Source: Chrysomallon squamiferum (lineage: Eukaryota > Animalia > Mollusca). Taken from it: a stretch of DNA of 64,000 nt. The stretch is from positions 7,998,001 to 8,062,000 of the forward strand of contig CM022677.1 in the NCBI GenBank assembly GCA_012295275.1, in the 5' to 3' direction. A program made the position numbers and the translations under genes. Of the stretch, positions 1 to 14,521 are shown piece after piece. The notes beneath the pieces are model-generated. The model saw only the letters and a list, made by a program, of their open reading frames with translations, was not told the DNA's origin and did not search any database. Position 1 is the first letter of the stretch; each line of letters opens with the position of its first letter.

Positions 1-822
1 GTATTAGCAATAGTGACAATTCCTACTCTGGTAATAGTGTGTGTTTGTGTATCAGAAATAGTCACTGTTGCTAGTCTGACAATAGTATGTGTGTATATCA
101 ACAATACAGAACTACTACTAATAATGGTATAAGTGTGTGTGTGTGAGTGTATCAGCAATAGTGATAATTGCTTCTGTGATAATGGTATATGTGTGTGTTT
201 GTGAGTGTATCAGCAATAGTGAGGATTGCTTCTGTGATAATAGTATATGTTTCTGTGAGTATGTGTATATTGTCATAACTGCTACTCTGATAATATTGTG
301 CGTGTATCGGCAATACTGATAACTGCCTGACTATACAGTATGTTTGTCTGTGTGTGTGTATCAGCAATAATGATAATTGCTACTCTGATATTAGTAGGTG
401 CTACTCTGTTAATTGTGTGTGTATGTGATAAGTGATAATACTTGCTACTCTGATAATAGTGTGTGTATATCAGCAACACATACACACTAACTAATAATAT
501 GAGTGTATGTGTGTGAGATTCACCAATAGTGATAATTTCTACTCTGATAATAGTGTGTGTTTGAGTGCATCAGCACTAGTGATAACTGCTACTCTGATAA
601 TAGTAAGTGTGTGTGTGGTACTGTGTATGTGTGTATCAGTAACAGTGATAACTGCTAGTCTGATAATAGTGTGTGTCTGTGTGTATCAGCACTAGTGATA
701 ACTGCTAGTCTGATAATAGTGTGTGTGTGTGTGTGTGTATCATCATGTGTGTGTAACAGCTGCTACCTGTGTGTGTGTGTGTGTATCAGCAATAGTGATA
801 ACTGCTAGTAACTGCTAGTCTG

Positions 823-857
<35 letters not shown>

Positions 858-1650
858 CTGTGTATCAGTGATAACTGCTAGTGATAACTGTGTGTATGCA
901 CTGTGTGTGTCTGTGTCTGTGTATCAGCACTAGTGATAACTGCTAGTCTGATGTGTGTGTCTGTGTGTATCAGCACTAGTGATAACTGCTAGTCTGATAA
1001 CTGTGTGTGTGTCTGTGTGTATCAGCACTAGTGATAACTGCTAGTCTGATAATAGTGTGTGTGTCTGTGTGTATCAGCAATAGTGATAACTGCTAGTCTG
1101 ATAATAGTGTGTGTGTGTGTGTGTAGTGTATCAGCAATAGTGATAACTGCTAGTCTGATAATAGTGTGTGTGTGTATGTGTGTGTGTAGTGTGTGTATCA
1201 GCAATAGTGATAACTGCTATGTGTGTGTGTCAATAGTGATAACTGCTAGTCTGTAATGTGTGTGTGTGTGTATCAGCAATAGTGATAACTGCTAGTCTGA
1301 TAACAGTGTGTGTGTGTGTATCAGCAATAGTGATAACTGCTAGTCTGATAACAGTGTGTGTGTCTGTGTGTATCAGCAATAGTGATAACTGCTAGTCTGA
1401 TAATAGTGTGTGTGTGAGTATATCAGCAATAGTGATAATAGTATGTGTATGTGTGTGTATGAGCAATACTGATAACTGTCAGTCTGATAATAGTGTATGT
1501 GTATGTCTGTGAGTGTATCAGCAATAATGATAATTTCTTCTCTGATAATTGGCTTTGGGTGTGTGTATCAGCAATAGTGATACTTTCTACACACATAACT
1601 GTGTGCTTGTATATCTGCAACAGTGATAATAATAGTGTGTGTGTGTGTCA
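1..1650. repeat. Minisatellite: core TATCAGCAATAGTGATAACTGCTAGTCTGATAATAG interleaved with (TG)n
   Basis: Core recurs dozens of times with variable (TG)n spacers. The V/C-rich ORFs here are repeat artefacts. Confidence 0.9.
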
Positions 1651-1844
1651 GCAATGTGTTCAGAAATATTTGGTTATCAATTTATATGTTTAAATGTTTT
1701 AGTCTTTGGGACACAAAGGGACACATGTCTGAGTTAAAGAGCTTGAGTGGAAACTCATTAGGTAATAAATTATTTTTGTATTTTTCAGTAAAAAGTTATT
1801 TTTTAATACAGAAGATTAAAATAGAAGCTTGCAAATATTTGAGA

Positions 1845-2330
1845 TTTATTATGTTACTATACACGTACACTTAGGAGGAAAATAACACTTGTTAATAGCT
1901 TCTCGTATTTTATAGTAGTAAACAGTTGTGTTATTATTTGTGACACATACACAGGAGGAAAATAACACTTGTATTTTATAGTAGTAAACAGTTGTGTTAC
2001 TATACACATACACAGGAGGAAAATAACACTTGTTAATAGCTTGTTGTATTTTATAGTAGTAAACAGTTGTGTTACTATACACATACACAGGAGGAAAATA
2101 ACACTTGTTAATAGCTTGTATTTTATAGTTGTAAACAGCTTGTTTAAAGTAGAAAAACAGTTTAGTAGTAAACACCAATATACAGGAGGAAAATAACACT
2201 TGTTAATAGCTTCTCGTATTTTATAGTAGTAAACAGTTGTGTTACTATACACATACACAGGAGGAAAATAACACTTGTTAATAGCTTCTTGTATTTTATA
2301 GTAGTAAACAGTTGTGTTACTATAATAATA
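1845..2330. repeat. Tandem repeat, ~70-75 bp unit (CAGGAGGAAAATAACACTTGTTAATAGC...TATAGTAGTAAACAGTTGTG)
   Basis: About 6 copies of AGGAGGAAAATAACACTTG visible. Confidence 0.9.
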
Positions 2331-2447
2331 CACAAGAATGATAATAAGTAAAAAAAACATCAGCAACAATAGCAGTAATAGTAGCAACAGCATCAGCAGT
2401 AGTAATTATAACAGCTACTACTGTATCTTATAAAACAACTAGAAACA

Positions 2448-2504
<57 letters not shown>

Positions 2505-3166
2505 GCTAACCTTGTAGGATAGTGATAATAAAAGCTAATGTAGTAGTGTGGTAAAGGAGTTATCATAACTGTAGTTGTAGTAGTAGTAGTAGCAGCAGTA
2601 GTAATAATAATAATAGCAGCTATGTAGTTTTAATAGAGGTGCAGTAGGAACAGTAGTTGTAGTTGCAATAGTCGTACTATTATTTTTTTAATGCTCTATT
2701 CCACATATTCTGATACACAGGAATAGTATAATTGCTAGATCAATTTTTAATACTAGCTCCTGTTAAAAATAAAGTAATTAATTATTCGATTTACTAATTT
2801 AAAACAGGTGATAAATTAGTAACAGCTGTAGTTAAATTATATATTCTTTTTACGATATTTTTGTTATTTGTAAAAGACACAAAACAAACATTATAAAATA
2901 TGCTGTTAATTCACTCACAATCATACTGATATTTATGTGCTGATAAAATACACAGACCAAAGTTTATAAAGGAAATCATATTTTTATTAGTGTTTTTTTT
3001 TCAGAGTTTTATCTTTATCTTTGTTGTTTTCATAGGCCAATTATTATAAGAAGTGTTTTTGATAATATCAGTTATTATGTATTAAATTTATGTTCTGTAC
3101 TGTATGTGTGAGGATGTGTCAGTATGCATGTCGGAATGTCTGTTTGTGTCAGTTTTGCCTAAGTGA

Positions 3167-3225
<59 letters not shown>

Positions 3226-5346
3226 GGTGTATGTGTGTATGTATGTTGGTATGTCTGTTTGTGTCAGTTTTGCCTAAGTGAATGTTTGTGTGTGAGACTG
3301 TGTATTTTCTGTTGTGTGAGTATTGTAATGTTTGTATATGTGTTAGTTTCTTTAGTGTCTTTTCCTTGTGTTATATGAGTGCATGCATTTATGTCTGCAC
3401 AAAATAGAATATAAACTCAGAAGATAAAGCATTAAATCAATTTATTTAGTAAACTTTAATAAAAAACAGATGTCTAGATCAATTTTTATTACTAGCTCCT
3501 GTTAAATAAAGTAATTAATTATTCGATGTACTAATTTAAAACAGGTCATAAATTAGTAACAGCTGTAGTTAAATTATATTTTCTTTTTACAATATTTTTG
3601 TTATTTTTAATTAATTAATTTTTATATTTGTTACAATTTTGCTGTTGAATTTGATTTTTTAATTCATTGTTACTGTTTCTTGGTAAAAAAAAAAGATATA
3701 AAATTGTTTTCAGGGTGTTAATTATTATTGATTTTGTTTTTAATTTGGGTGGGAAATTGTATTTGCTTTCTTTATTTATTTCATATGTTTTTAACAATAT
3801 AACTAAAGTTTTATCAAAAGAGAGTTATTTCCCTTATGTTATGAAAATTATTATCCATGGTCAGTTGCTTATAATATCATAAATTAATAATAATAATAAT
3901 AAACTAACAAATGAATAAATAAATAATTGGGGTATTCATTCACACAAAACAGAAAAATTACAAAATGAAATGATTTGTATACTTTGTGAAGGCAATAATT
4001 GTATAAAATTGAGTCTAAGAATATTTTGAATTTTAACTCAATTCTCAACATATAAATAATAGTTGCTGGAAAAGTTATACTTATTCTTAAATATTACTCA
4101 AAAGGAAACAAAGGAATATATATATACATATAGAAGTAAATACAAATTTTCAAGTTAATGAAATGATAAGGAATAATAGTCAATGAAATATAAAATTTTT
4201 CAAATTAAAATAAATTTTAAATGGAATAAAAAGTGTTGTTATCAAATATTTATTTCATGGAAGACTCAAAAATTATAACAGTAATAATCTATTTAAATAT
4301 TTACAGAATTAAAAATGTAAAACTATTGTGTGTGTGTGTGTTTGTGTGCATGTGCATGCTTGTGCACATTTATGTATGTGTGTATGTGCATTTGTGTTTC
4401 TGACTAAACAAGAACAAACTTACACTAATATATACAAAAACACACAAACAAAAACATATTTATATTAATTTCTACATAGTTTATAATGTATATTTATTAG
4501 ATTATAACATTTAATGTCTTGTATATCAATTAATTAGAAAATTCTATTAAACTGTATTACAAGCAAATCAAGCAATATTAATGTAAATTCAAAAGTAATA
4601 ATAATTGTGTAAATTATCAGTTTATGTCTATTTGAATAAAAATTGGATGCTTTTTTTTTTTTAAAGTTTAATAAATAATAAAATAATATTAAAAATGATA
4701 TATAAATTACAATAATGACAATAATAAATTAATAATAAATTTATAAATAAATGAATAAAAAAGTAATAATAAAATTACAATAATGACAATGACAGAAATA
4801 ACTAATTAATAATACATTTTTTTTTATTAATGCTATTAATATTAAAGGGAACTAAACTACAAATGCTATATATCTACAATAATTACTACAAAATGCATTT
4901 CTAAAAATCCACTAAATGATAATAAAATATTATGAGACAAGTTAAATTAGTTTTTATTTTATGTATTTATTCTTCATTAAGTGATGCTGAAGATGCATAA
5001 AACATAAGAAATATGGAAATGGAGGTCGTACCCACGACGCTCCCCGATTTTCTAGTTTCAATGTAAATCATATTCCTGTACTAGAACTAACTCGCAATAG
5101 CTCACTGGGAATCTTCTTTATAACAGTTTAATAAATTTATAAATTTCACACTAGTGTACACGTGTAAAATAGACTTACTGGTACAAACAGTGTCTTCAGA
5201 TGGATAAAAAAATAAACGAATATGCATAACCTAATTTTCTGCCGATAACTCGAATAACGCAGGAGTACTTATCCTTTTGTTACTAGCAGTAGAGTAAAAA
5301 GTAACGTGTGATTTATTTTAATAAGAAACTACAGATAGAATATATA

Positions 5347-5387
<41 letters not shown>

Positions 5388-5445
5388 TGCAATAAAAAAT
5401 AAAATAAAAATAGAAATAGTTCTAACAACAAAAATATAATTTCAG

Positions 5446-6080
5446 AAAGTTACTCTGGAGAAACATCATGTGGAGAACCAGGGACATCAACATCTAGGAA
5501 ACGGAAAGCAGAGGATGATGAATGCCCGGAGAAGACTCCAAAAGTTCGAAAGTCTTCCGAAAGTGACTCTGGAGAAACATCACAGAGCAGAAAGACCGGG
5601 AACATCAACATCTTCAACACAACAGTCTGAAACTTCAAAATGTGACTCTGGAGAAACATCACAGAGCAGAAAGACAACATCAGGGGACATCAACATCAGC
5701 ATCAACCACCACTGCTGAATCAATACAACAGTCTGAAACTTCAAAATGTGACTCTGGAGAAACATCACAGAGCAGAAAGACCAGGGACATCAACATCAGC
5801 ATCACCCACCACTGCTGAATCAATACAACAGTCTGAAACTTCAAAATGTTTCTCTGGAGAAACATCACGTGGAGAAAGACCAAGGACATCAACATCAGCA
5901 TCAACCACCACTGCTGAATCAACACAAAGCCTGAATTAGATAAGTCAGAAGAATTTTAGAAGACCTTTTAGATAAATGTCATGAAGACTCGTGTTTACAT
6001 GAGGGTTTTTTTTTCAGCTGTTTGTTGAGGTGGTCTAGAAGCAGAATAAATTGTCCAGTTTGCTCTGAAAGATTCACCAT
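5446..6080 (+). pseudogene. Decayed RING-finger (C3HC4, TOPORS-like) exon with a Ser/Thr-rich N-terminal region built from ~100-bp tandem repeats
   Basis: TTTCAG acceptor ends at 5445. Reads ...GTSTSRKRKAEDDECPEKTPKVRKSS..., then LEDLLDKCHEDSCLHE-(frameshift)-FSCLLRWSRSRINCPVCSERF, resembling the TOPORS RING CLHxFCFxCxxxWSxxxxxCPxC. ~100-bp repeats at 5560-5930. Confidence 0.65.
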
Positions 6081-6725
6081 CTTCGTGCACACCACAAGAA
6101 ATGGAAATTGCCACGTCTCAGAGTCAGGAAAGTCGGACGAAATTTTCCAGCTGGACACATTAACAGTCAGTCTGTTATCAGTCGTATATTTACTTCTCTA
6201 TTTTGGAAAAACTTCTTTGCTAATAGAATTTTGTCTTCTACTAGGATATGAGTAATATTTGAAGCCTTACAACATCACTCTAGGTGTATTAGTTTTCCTT
6301 CAGCTGGTATCCATCTGTTATTTTTTTTATTCTACTGATCAAAAATAGAAATATTTATTCATCTATATATTCTACTATATATTTTACTATTCTATTATAT
6401 ATTTTATTCTGCTGCTATGGCTGAACTTAACTGTTTCAAAAAGTTCTTATTCTTATGTTCATAGTAATAATAATAATGGTGATGATGATGACGATGTTGA
6501 TGTAGAAAATGGCAGTGATGATGATCATGATGTAAAAGATGCCATGATGATGATGATGATGATAATGTAGAAGACAGCAGTGATGATGATGTAAACGAGG
6601 CAATGATGATGACGGTGATGATAGTAATAGAATGCAGATATTTATTTGTAAAATATTTATATGAAGTTGGTAATATCTGCCCTGGACAACCAAACCCTAG
6701 GATATCTACCCCTTGGACAAGTAAC

Positions 6726-6764
<39 letters not shown>

Positions 6765-6808
6765 TATATATATATATATTTATTTTTTTTTTTTTTATCT
6801 TTGTACAG

Positions 6809-7235
6809 CACAAACCCCGAATCAGGTGAAGATTACAGATTTTGGATTAGCTAAACTTCTTGATTAAAATGAGGAAGAGTACTAAGTTGGTGGTGGAAAA
6901 GTGGAACAGTAGTAATTCACATTTCTTACTAATCAAAAAACACTGATAAATTGGTTCAAATTCTGATTTTAAATATTGAAGTTTAAATTCTGTTTTCTTA
7001 TTAATAGGGAATATTGAAGAACTGAAATTCTGAATGGTTGAAATTCAATTTTCTTATTAATAGGGAACTTACAAACTGAAACTTGGAACAGTCTTAATTC
7101 AGTTTTTTTTTATTAACTGGGAACATTGATGTGCTGAAATTTCGAAAAGATTAAATTTGAGATGTTATGCTATAAACTGGAAAATATATGAGAAACGAGA
7201 TTTTATTCTTTTTCACTGTTTCAGATGCCAATCAA
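6809..7235 (+). pseudogene. EGFR: EGFR/ErbB tyrosine kinase gene fragment (activation-loop exon, intron, start of next exon)
   Basis: Exon 6809-6900 follows a polypyrimidine tract and TACAG and reads QTPNQVKITDFGLAKLLD*NEEEY*VGGGK. GT at 6901, AG at 7223-7224, then ATG CCA ATC (MPI of MPIKW). Two in-frame stops. Confidence 0.85.
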
Positions 7236-9999
7236 TAATAAAATTTCTTAAAAAAAAAAGATGAATGAATGTGTATTGTTTTATAGTCTCAATTTTAACA
7301 AACATATGAAATTTCGCTATGATTGCTTTGAATGCCAGTCTTTAATTTTCTATGAGGTAGTGCATATAGGGAAAATGTTCATCACAAAAATCTGCATGAA
7401 CATTTTCCCATTCCCTTGTTTATTATCATATCACCTTTTCCACTAAATATGTTTTCACAGGGCTACTTCTCACAAGAAATTACTGAAAACAATTCTAGCT
7501 CTGAAATTCACCTAGGAAAGCCACTACATCAGGTAAGAGATAAAATAAAACAGTATAAAAAAATTTGTTAATGATATATAAATATGTATATCACTGGTTT
7601 CAATATGATCACATAGAAAAAAACAAATGACTAAAATTATTGTTAAAATAATTATCAAATATTTCAGTGTCCACTTTATGAAATGTCAGGGATAAAGTAG
7701 AACACCACATCTTTAGAGTTATCAGTGGAAGGAGAAGAATTTTATGAAAGACAACATAGGAATGATTTACATCAATTAACGATTTTGACAAACAAGATTT
7801 TTCTGGCTCTCATTTCATCAAAGAGAAAATAACATCCTCAAATAGTAATAAAATACCAATACTATGTTTGTGGACAGTAACAAAAGAATAATAATAATAA
7901 TAATAATGAATTACATACAGAAGTGCATGTTAAAATTATCAGATATATGAGACAGAGAGAAGCAACATACTGATAGAAGACTCAAAACATTCTCCAGTTC
8001 ATGATGTAATTGTATTAAGAGATGTCGAAGTTGGCAGAACCAGCTGATCAGTGATTAAACAAAGAATGGATAGTTACAAAATGTGCATTTATGAATCTTC
8101 TGGAAATGATTCTGGGATCATTGATTAGAATTGTACAGTTTTTCAGAAGAGTCATTTTTCAATGTTAGATTTAAGTTGACATAAATAAATTGTTTTATTA
8201 AAGGTCTACCTTGTTTCTAATCTTTGCTTTTAAGGCGTATTAAATAATTATCCTGTATTTGTGTTGCTTTCAGTTCAATAAAAACATATTTGTTTAAAGT
8301 TATACAATGCAAAAGTGAAAGTAAAATATAATATTTACATTACTATTAAACTCATACTTTAAGTCAAAAGCCTCTGACTGAAGTAGAAGCCACTGTTCAG
8401 TGGTGAACAAGAAACATGAGATGCCAAAAAATCGGCACCTTTCTTTGGATACGGCTACAAAACAAAACCAAGCAGAACAGCACAGACAAGAAAGTTAAAT
8501 TACACAGCCTTGCCAAGAACAACAGTTACCATGACAACCATTACAGACATCTACCATCAAGCATACAATTTCAGCAACCTTGTTCAAAGAGCACTTTGGT
8601 TCTGGAAACTATTCACCTATTCTTATACTGGATTACATTATTCCTCAGACAATGGTAATCATAATTTTAATACCAACAGCCATGAACCTGAAAACTGTAT
8701 GGCACTTGTGATAGTATTTGGCTATAAAAATATTGTCTTTTCATCTAACAACCATCAACAATAGATATTCACAGGTTGCACACTTCCTGCCCTTATGTGA
8801 CTCATAAATATCAGAACTGGGCAGACAACGGGTGCAAGCAATGAAAAATTTCCAGTGGGTTTAATAATCATTATAAATGATTACATTTCATATTTTTGTA
8901 ATTTTATCATTTGACCATTTAATAAATATTATTTGAAATTGCAGATTAAGGAGACAAGGATCCTCTATCCAATATACATGATGAAACTCTTACCTTATTA
9001 AATTACCACTCTCAGCAGATGAAGTGACATTGAACGGTTTTTAGAATGCGTTAGAAACATTTTATGAAGAATTTTAAAAATAAAAATGTCATATTTAACA
9101 ATGCTGTAAGTTTTTCAAATTGTGGATTTTTTTGAAATATTATATTGTTTTGATTGTCAGTGCTGTACTAACTGGCTGAAGATTTAGAAATATAAAAAGA
9201 ACACTTATATAAAACACTACTTTCACAGATGAATTAGCTAGTGTTAACATTTTGAAAATACTTAACTTTCGCAGAGAATAAGAGAAAGAGATTAATATGT
9301 CTGAAAGTGTTTTGATATTTTAATTTTGGTACCTGCAACACAACAGTTACATATTCTATCTTGCATATTCTCTTTGCACCTACTGTACAAAACAAAAATA
9401 ATAAAAATAAAAAGTTATATAAAGCATAGGGGCTGACAGTTTCAAATATTTCCATAACCAGAACAAAACAGCATCATCATCAACAACAACAAGCTGTTAC
9501 TACTAGTATAGACTTTGTTCCCTTTTGTTGGCACCTGTCATCAAAGAGATGTTTTTGTTTTTATCCAGAACTGGTGCTGAAAGAAAAAACAGGCAGTGTA
9601 TGATATTAAACATCCATATTACAGTTTCAATATACAAAATTACACTAAACATCCAAATGTAGTTCTCTCTCATTCCCCTCAGTAAAAATGAATGTAATTT
9701 AATTTTTAAACAACTGCTACAATTAATAACTATACAAAGACAATAAGAAAGACAACAATGCTATAAGAATGTTTTATGCATCACTTAATTTTCTTTTTTC
9801 AAATGGAAGTAGAGAAAGACATCACATGAAATCCAAGCCATCATTGCAACCATATGTTCATCTTGTGCATATTTTATAATGTATTTTTGAAAATGTTTTA
9901 TTTTCTTCTTTGTTATTTTTCCTTATTCAAATTCTATAGTTTTCTATTTCTTTCTTTTTATTATTTTTTGTTTTGTTTCAGTCAGTGATTGCTTAACAG

Positions 10000-10064
<65 letters not shown>

Positions 10065-10641
10065 TTTAAATACATATTGATCACCTGCCTTTTTCTGAAT
10101 CAAGCTGGAACATGGCTGCCAATCTGGTAATGGAGACAGGCTTCATGAAGAATTTTCTCATCTACATCACCAGTAGTACTCTGAAACACTTGTATGTGAA
10201 ACCCATTAATTAATATTACTTAACTAAACACATTTGTTATAATTACCAATTAAAAAATTGTTTCTTTTTCATTTTTAAAAACATTATTTGTCATGTAATT
10301 CTGATTTATGTTTCAGTTGCAACTATTTTTAATATTCTGTTGTTTTTTTTTTTGTGAAATTGTATCCCGATTTTATACAAAAGTTCAAATGTAAACCTGG
10401 AGTTAAGAGAATTTCAATAAAAAATACTTGAAAACAAAGAAAGATTATAATTAAAATAATTAACTGCCCCAGATCTTTCTCATTCAAAAGACAAATTAAG
10501 AAAAGTACTCACATCACTGCTACTGAAACCATGACTGAACAGCTGAAAAAAAGAAGTTGATAGATGAAGGTTCTGGAGGAAATAAAATATAGTAAAATGC
10601 AGCTGATAATAACTAAAACAGCAACTGCCTAGTTTATTTTC

Positions 10642-10690
<49 letters not shown>

Positions 10691-11242
10691 TGTCTGTAAG
10701 TAAAATTAAAGATGACAAGAATGTGTAGTTACTAACAAAGTGAATAACATTCATCTCGAACTGAACAAAATTATTATTTATTGTCTAATCAAGCACTGAC
10801 AATATTCTTTCCTTGATCAATTAATTACTATTGTGTTTCAAACAATTAGAAGATTTATAGCTAGTAAGCAAAAGGATTGATCAGTTATGTATCCGATCTC
10901 TACTCAGTCAACCTTGAAAAAAGAAAAAAAAAAAAAATGGCTGACGTTTGTCGTATGACTGGTTACGATTAGTGAATTTTCCAAAACTGTTCTAGCACTG
11001 TTGCATGAACGCTTGATACTCCAAGAATAGGGCTACAAGAATCTGATATTTCTTACATGGTGAAGAAACTCTTACCTTATTAAATTATCAGTTTCAGCAG
11101 ATGAAGTGACTTTAAAAGATTATAAGAATACGAGTTTCCTTTACGAATGTTTGTTTACGAAATTTTCAGCCACTTTGTGTAGGAACGTCAATGACACTGT
11201 GTTCACAGCGCATAATTGACGTCACAAACCCAACAAAAACTG

Positions 11243-11297
<55 letters not shown>

Positions 11298-14200
11298 AAA
11301 ATAAAATAGTGATATTTTTATGATATTAAAGTGTCTTTTATTATTATTATCTTTGCTAACAAATGTTTTTAGCTGATATTCAGTAAAATAAAATATAGTC
11401 TAAGCACAATATATTTTCTGAAAATAGTGCTAAATAAAATATTGGTTAAGCAGTATAGTAATTCATAATTAATTCTGAATATAAGCTGAGGCCTATCAGT
11501 TTAAAGATTAACCATAACACTTAAAAATGTGTGCAAGTCCATGTGAGTTCATGTGTGTGTTCTTTTATCGAATATTTCACTCGGATTTCATTTTATTTTA
11601 ATTTCTTAATATTAATTTGTATTATTTTTATTTTTTAATGAACGTCTTCATACTCTGACAGGAAAGGAAGTAATATTTTGGATGTGGCAGGTAAAAAAAA
11701 AACAACAACGAAAGTTGAACCTTTCTTTAAAAATGTATTATAAGAGATTGTTTTTTGTATTACCACAGCAGAATGATTAATGATTGATTGTAATAAGTGA
11801 GGAACTTTATCAGTATTACAACAGCAGAATGATTAGTGATTGATTGTAATAAGTGAGGAACTTTATCAGTTTGTACACAGTCTCAGGAAAAAGACAGAAT
11901 GTTGTTGGATTTTTGTACCTTTTCGGTTTCACTTTTATTTATTTCTCTTTGATCATCTTCCTTACATTTTGTTTCTCTCTCTCTCATTATATCTTTCTCG
12001 CTGTCTTCAATATTGATATGATTAAATATAAAAATTTCCATTTGAATCAAAGAACATCTTTAAAATACTCATCCATTTATTTTTTGACATTTTCCTCCTG
12101 TATTTTTCGGGGATAATATTAAGATGAACCCTTGCTTTTAGAATTAAAGTTTGATCTTTACTCCGAAAACTGATGTAGTAAAAAAAAGATTAAAAAAAAA
12201 AGATAATAATAATGCGAGCCCCCTTTACGAACTTTTGTTCACTAAAATTTATATTTCTTTCTCTTTGATCATCTTCCCTTTTTTTTTTTTCTGTCTCATT
12301 GTATCTTTCTCGCTGTCATCATCGTTGTCTCTCTCTTTTTCGTTCTTTAAAAATACCATAAAATTCTATGACAATCTGTTTGAGAAATTTTACTTGGTAA
12401 CTGTTTATTTTTTATTTCAGGCAGTGTGTGTGAGAAAAAACAAAGGAAAGCGTTATATGGTAGAGGAGCAAGAGAACATTTGTGATATTTTCTCATCACA
12501 CAAATATGTTAACACACCACACCCTAGAACTGTACCTGCAGTCTTCTGTACAGAGAAATATATATTTAACTTACACTTGTTGTTTAGATGTTATAATTAA
12601 TAATGTTGATATTTATCAAAATAAATATAATTGTTTTCATTTTCTGTTGTTGCCTTGTTTTTCATTATTAATGCATTTTTAAGATAAATTTGAATGAACT
12701 GTTACGACTGCAATAAACATCTCTACCAAAAATTTGAACACATTTCTGAAATAGTAATTTAACTTTTCCAGATAAGAAATTTGTGAATGTTGTTTATAAT
12801 TTTCATTACAGTTTATTAATCTTGAACTCGGTAGTCTCAGAAAAACATGCTGTGTTGGTTAAACAAGTGCACACTTCAGCATCAAACCAATCTCTGAAAA
12901 TGTATCCTTTTTCATAGAACATGATTATTGTAAACACTCGTGTGAAAACAACTGTGATTTCTTCAAGTGAGGATAATGTAAATTCTCTTAACCCACTTGA
13001 TCGCTGACTGTAAATCATAAAACAAAAGACCTGAATTGATATAAGGAACATATTTTTATTAGTTTGCGTACATTTCAATAAAAATACTGAGTCCTTTTTC
13101 ACATTCGCAGTTTACAAAAGGCATTTTTCTTACACATTCATATTCAGAAAATAAATTGGATAATTTAACATTTTTTTACAGACATATACATATGGACACA
13201 GATTGCGCATATACTTTTCGGTGATAATATTAAAATGAACCCTTGCTTTTAAATTTGCTGTTTGGTCTTTATTTAGAAACCTGAAAAATGCCTTCAGCTA
13301 ACATTACGGCCGTTTATACGACAAATCTGAAATTTATCCGTCCTCTGATCAAAAACAATTCAAGGCCTCAGAAAAAGGAAATATTTTATTATAAACGACA
13401 ATTAATATTAATATTATATTGTTTTTTCCCAAAAAATTAATGTCCTTCTTATATACTGAAAAATTATGGTCTTTAATAATCAGTTATTTTATTATTAACA
13501 GAAACGCGTGAAGTACTAGATGAATGCTGTATTTATTATTGTATTGATATTACTGAAAATTAACTGTGCACCTTTCAGTGTCATAATGTGATACTTTGTT
13601 TTATGACAGCAGTAACATGACATTCCGCGACACAATTTACATCTCTCCATATATGAAAGTACATGATTAATCTAAAATTCAAATTTATCAAATTATATAA
13701 TTAAGAATATATCAGATTGTTTTTTTTAAAACACTGAGAAAAGTAAGTTAATCTAGAATGAAATTCCATGTTTATTCAATAATATAACTGATAATCTCTA
13801 ATTAATGTAATTTTAATTTCTCATATATACAGACATTATAAAACTTGCGTCTTATTTTGTTATCGATAGGTAAATTCAGCGAAGATTAAAAATAAATATG
13901 ATTTATATGATAATTTTTATTCAGTGTAATAAAATTAAGAAGTAATTTCAATACCCATCCCCAGCACGATTTGTAGACGTAAGAGATTATTGTAAAGAGA
14001 CGGACAGGACGTCTCTCGGTGGCCTTGAACAACGTAGACCTTCCCGTTGTAATTAAACATAGATTACTGGCGACAAATGAAAACAGCTACTGAAATAATT
14101 CAAGTAAAATTAACTGATAATTTTCCATTTCTCAACCCTTTGTTAGCTTTCATTACATTCGTTGTTAAACATTTAAACTTCTGTTCTTGTTAAACGTCAT

Positions 14201-14346
14201 AGCAAATTTTCCTGCATTAAAAATAAATACATTAAACATAAGAAATATTGGAAGGTGTTCACTTTCAAGGCAAAAAAATAAAAATAAAAGGTAAATCATT
14301 AGCATCCTCATAAAAATGTTTTATACAGTCTACATGATTTATTTAA

Positions 14347-14408
<62 letters not shown>

Positions 14409-14465
14409 TATAAATAAATACATTAATTAATTAATAATGTTCATTTAGTTGGCCTATGTTACCAC

Positions 14466-14521
<56 letters not shown>

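Noticed and set aside
9520-10545. Several short AG/GT-bounded minus-strand exon-like segments (similar ones at 27.8, 29.9-31.0 and 62.2-63.4 kb)
   Set aside because: Splice-like boundaries are visible but the products are unidentifiable, so a gene call cannot be supported.
12806-13135. Protein-like minus-strand remnant (CECEKGLSIFIEMY..KYVPYINSGLLFYDLQSAIKWVKR)
   Set aside because: Multiple stops and no family I can recognise.
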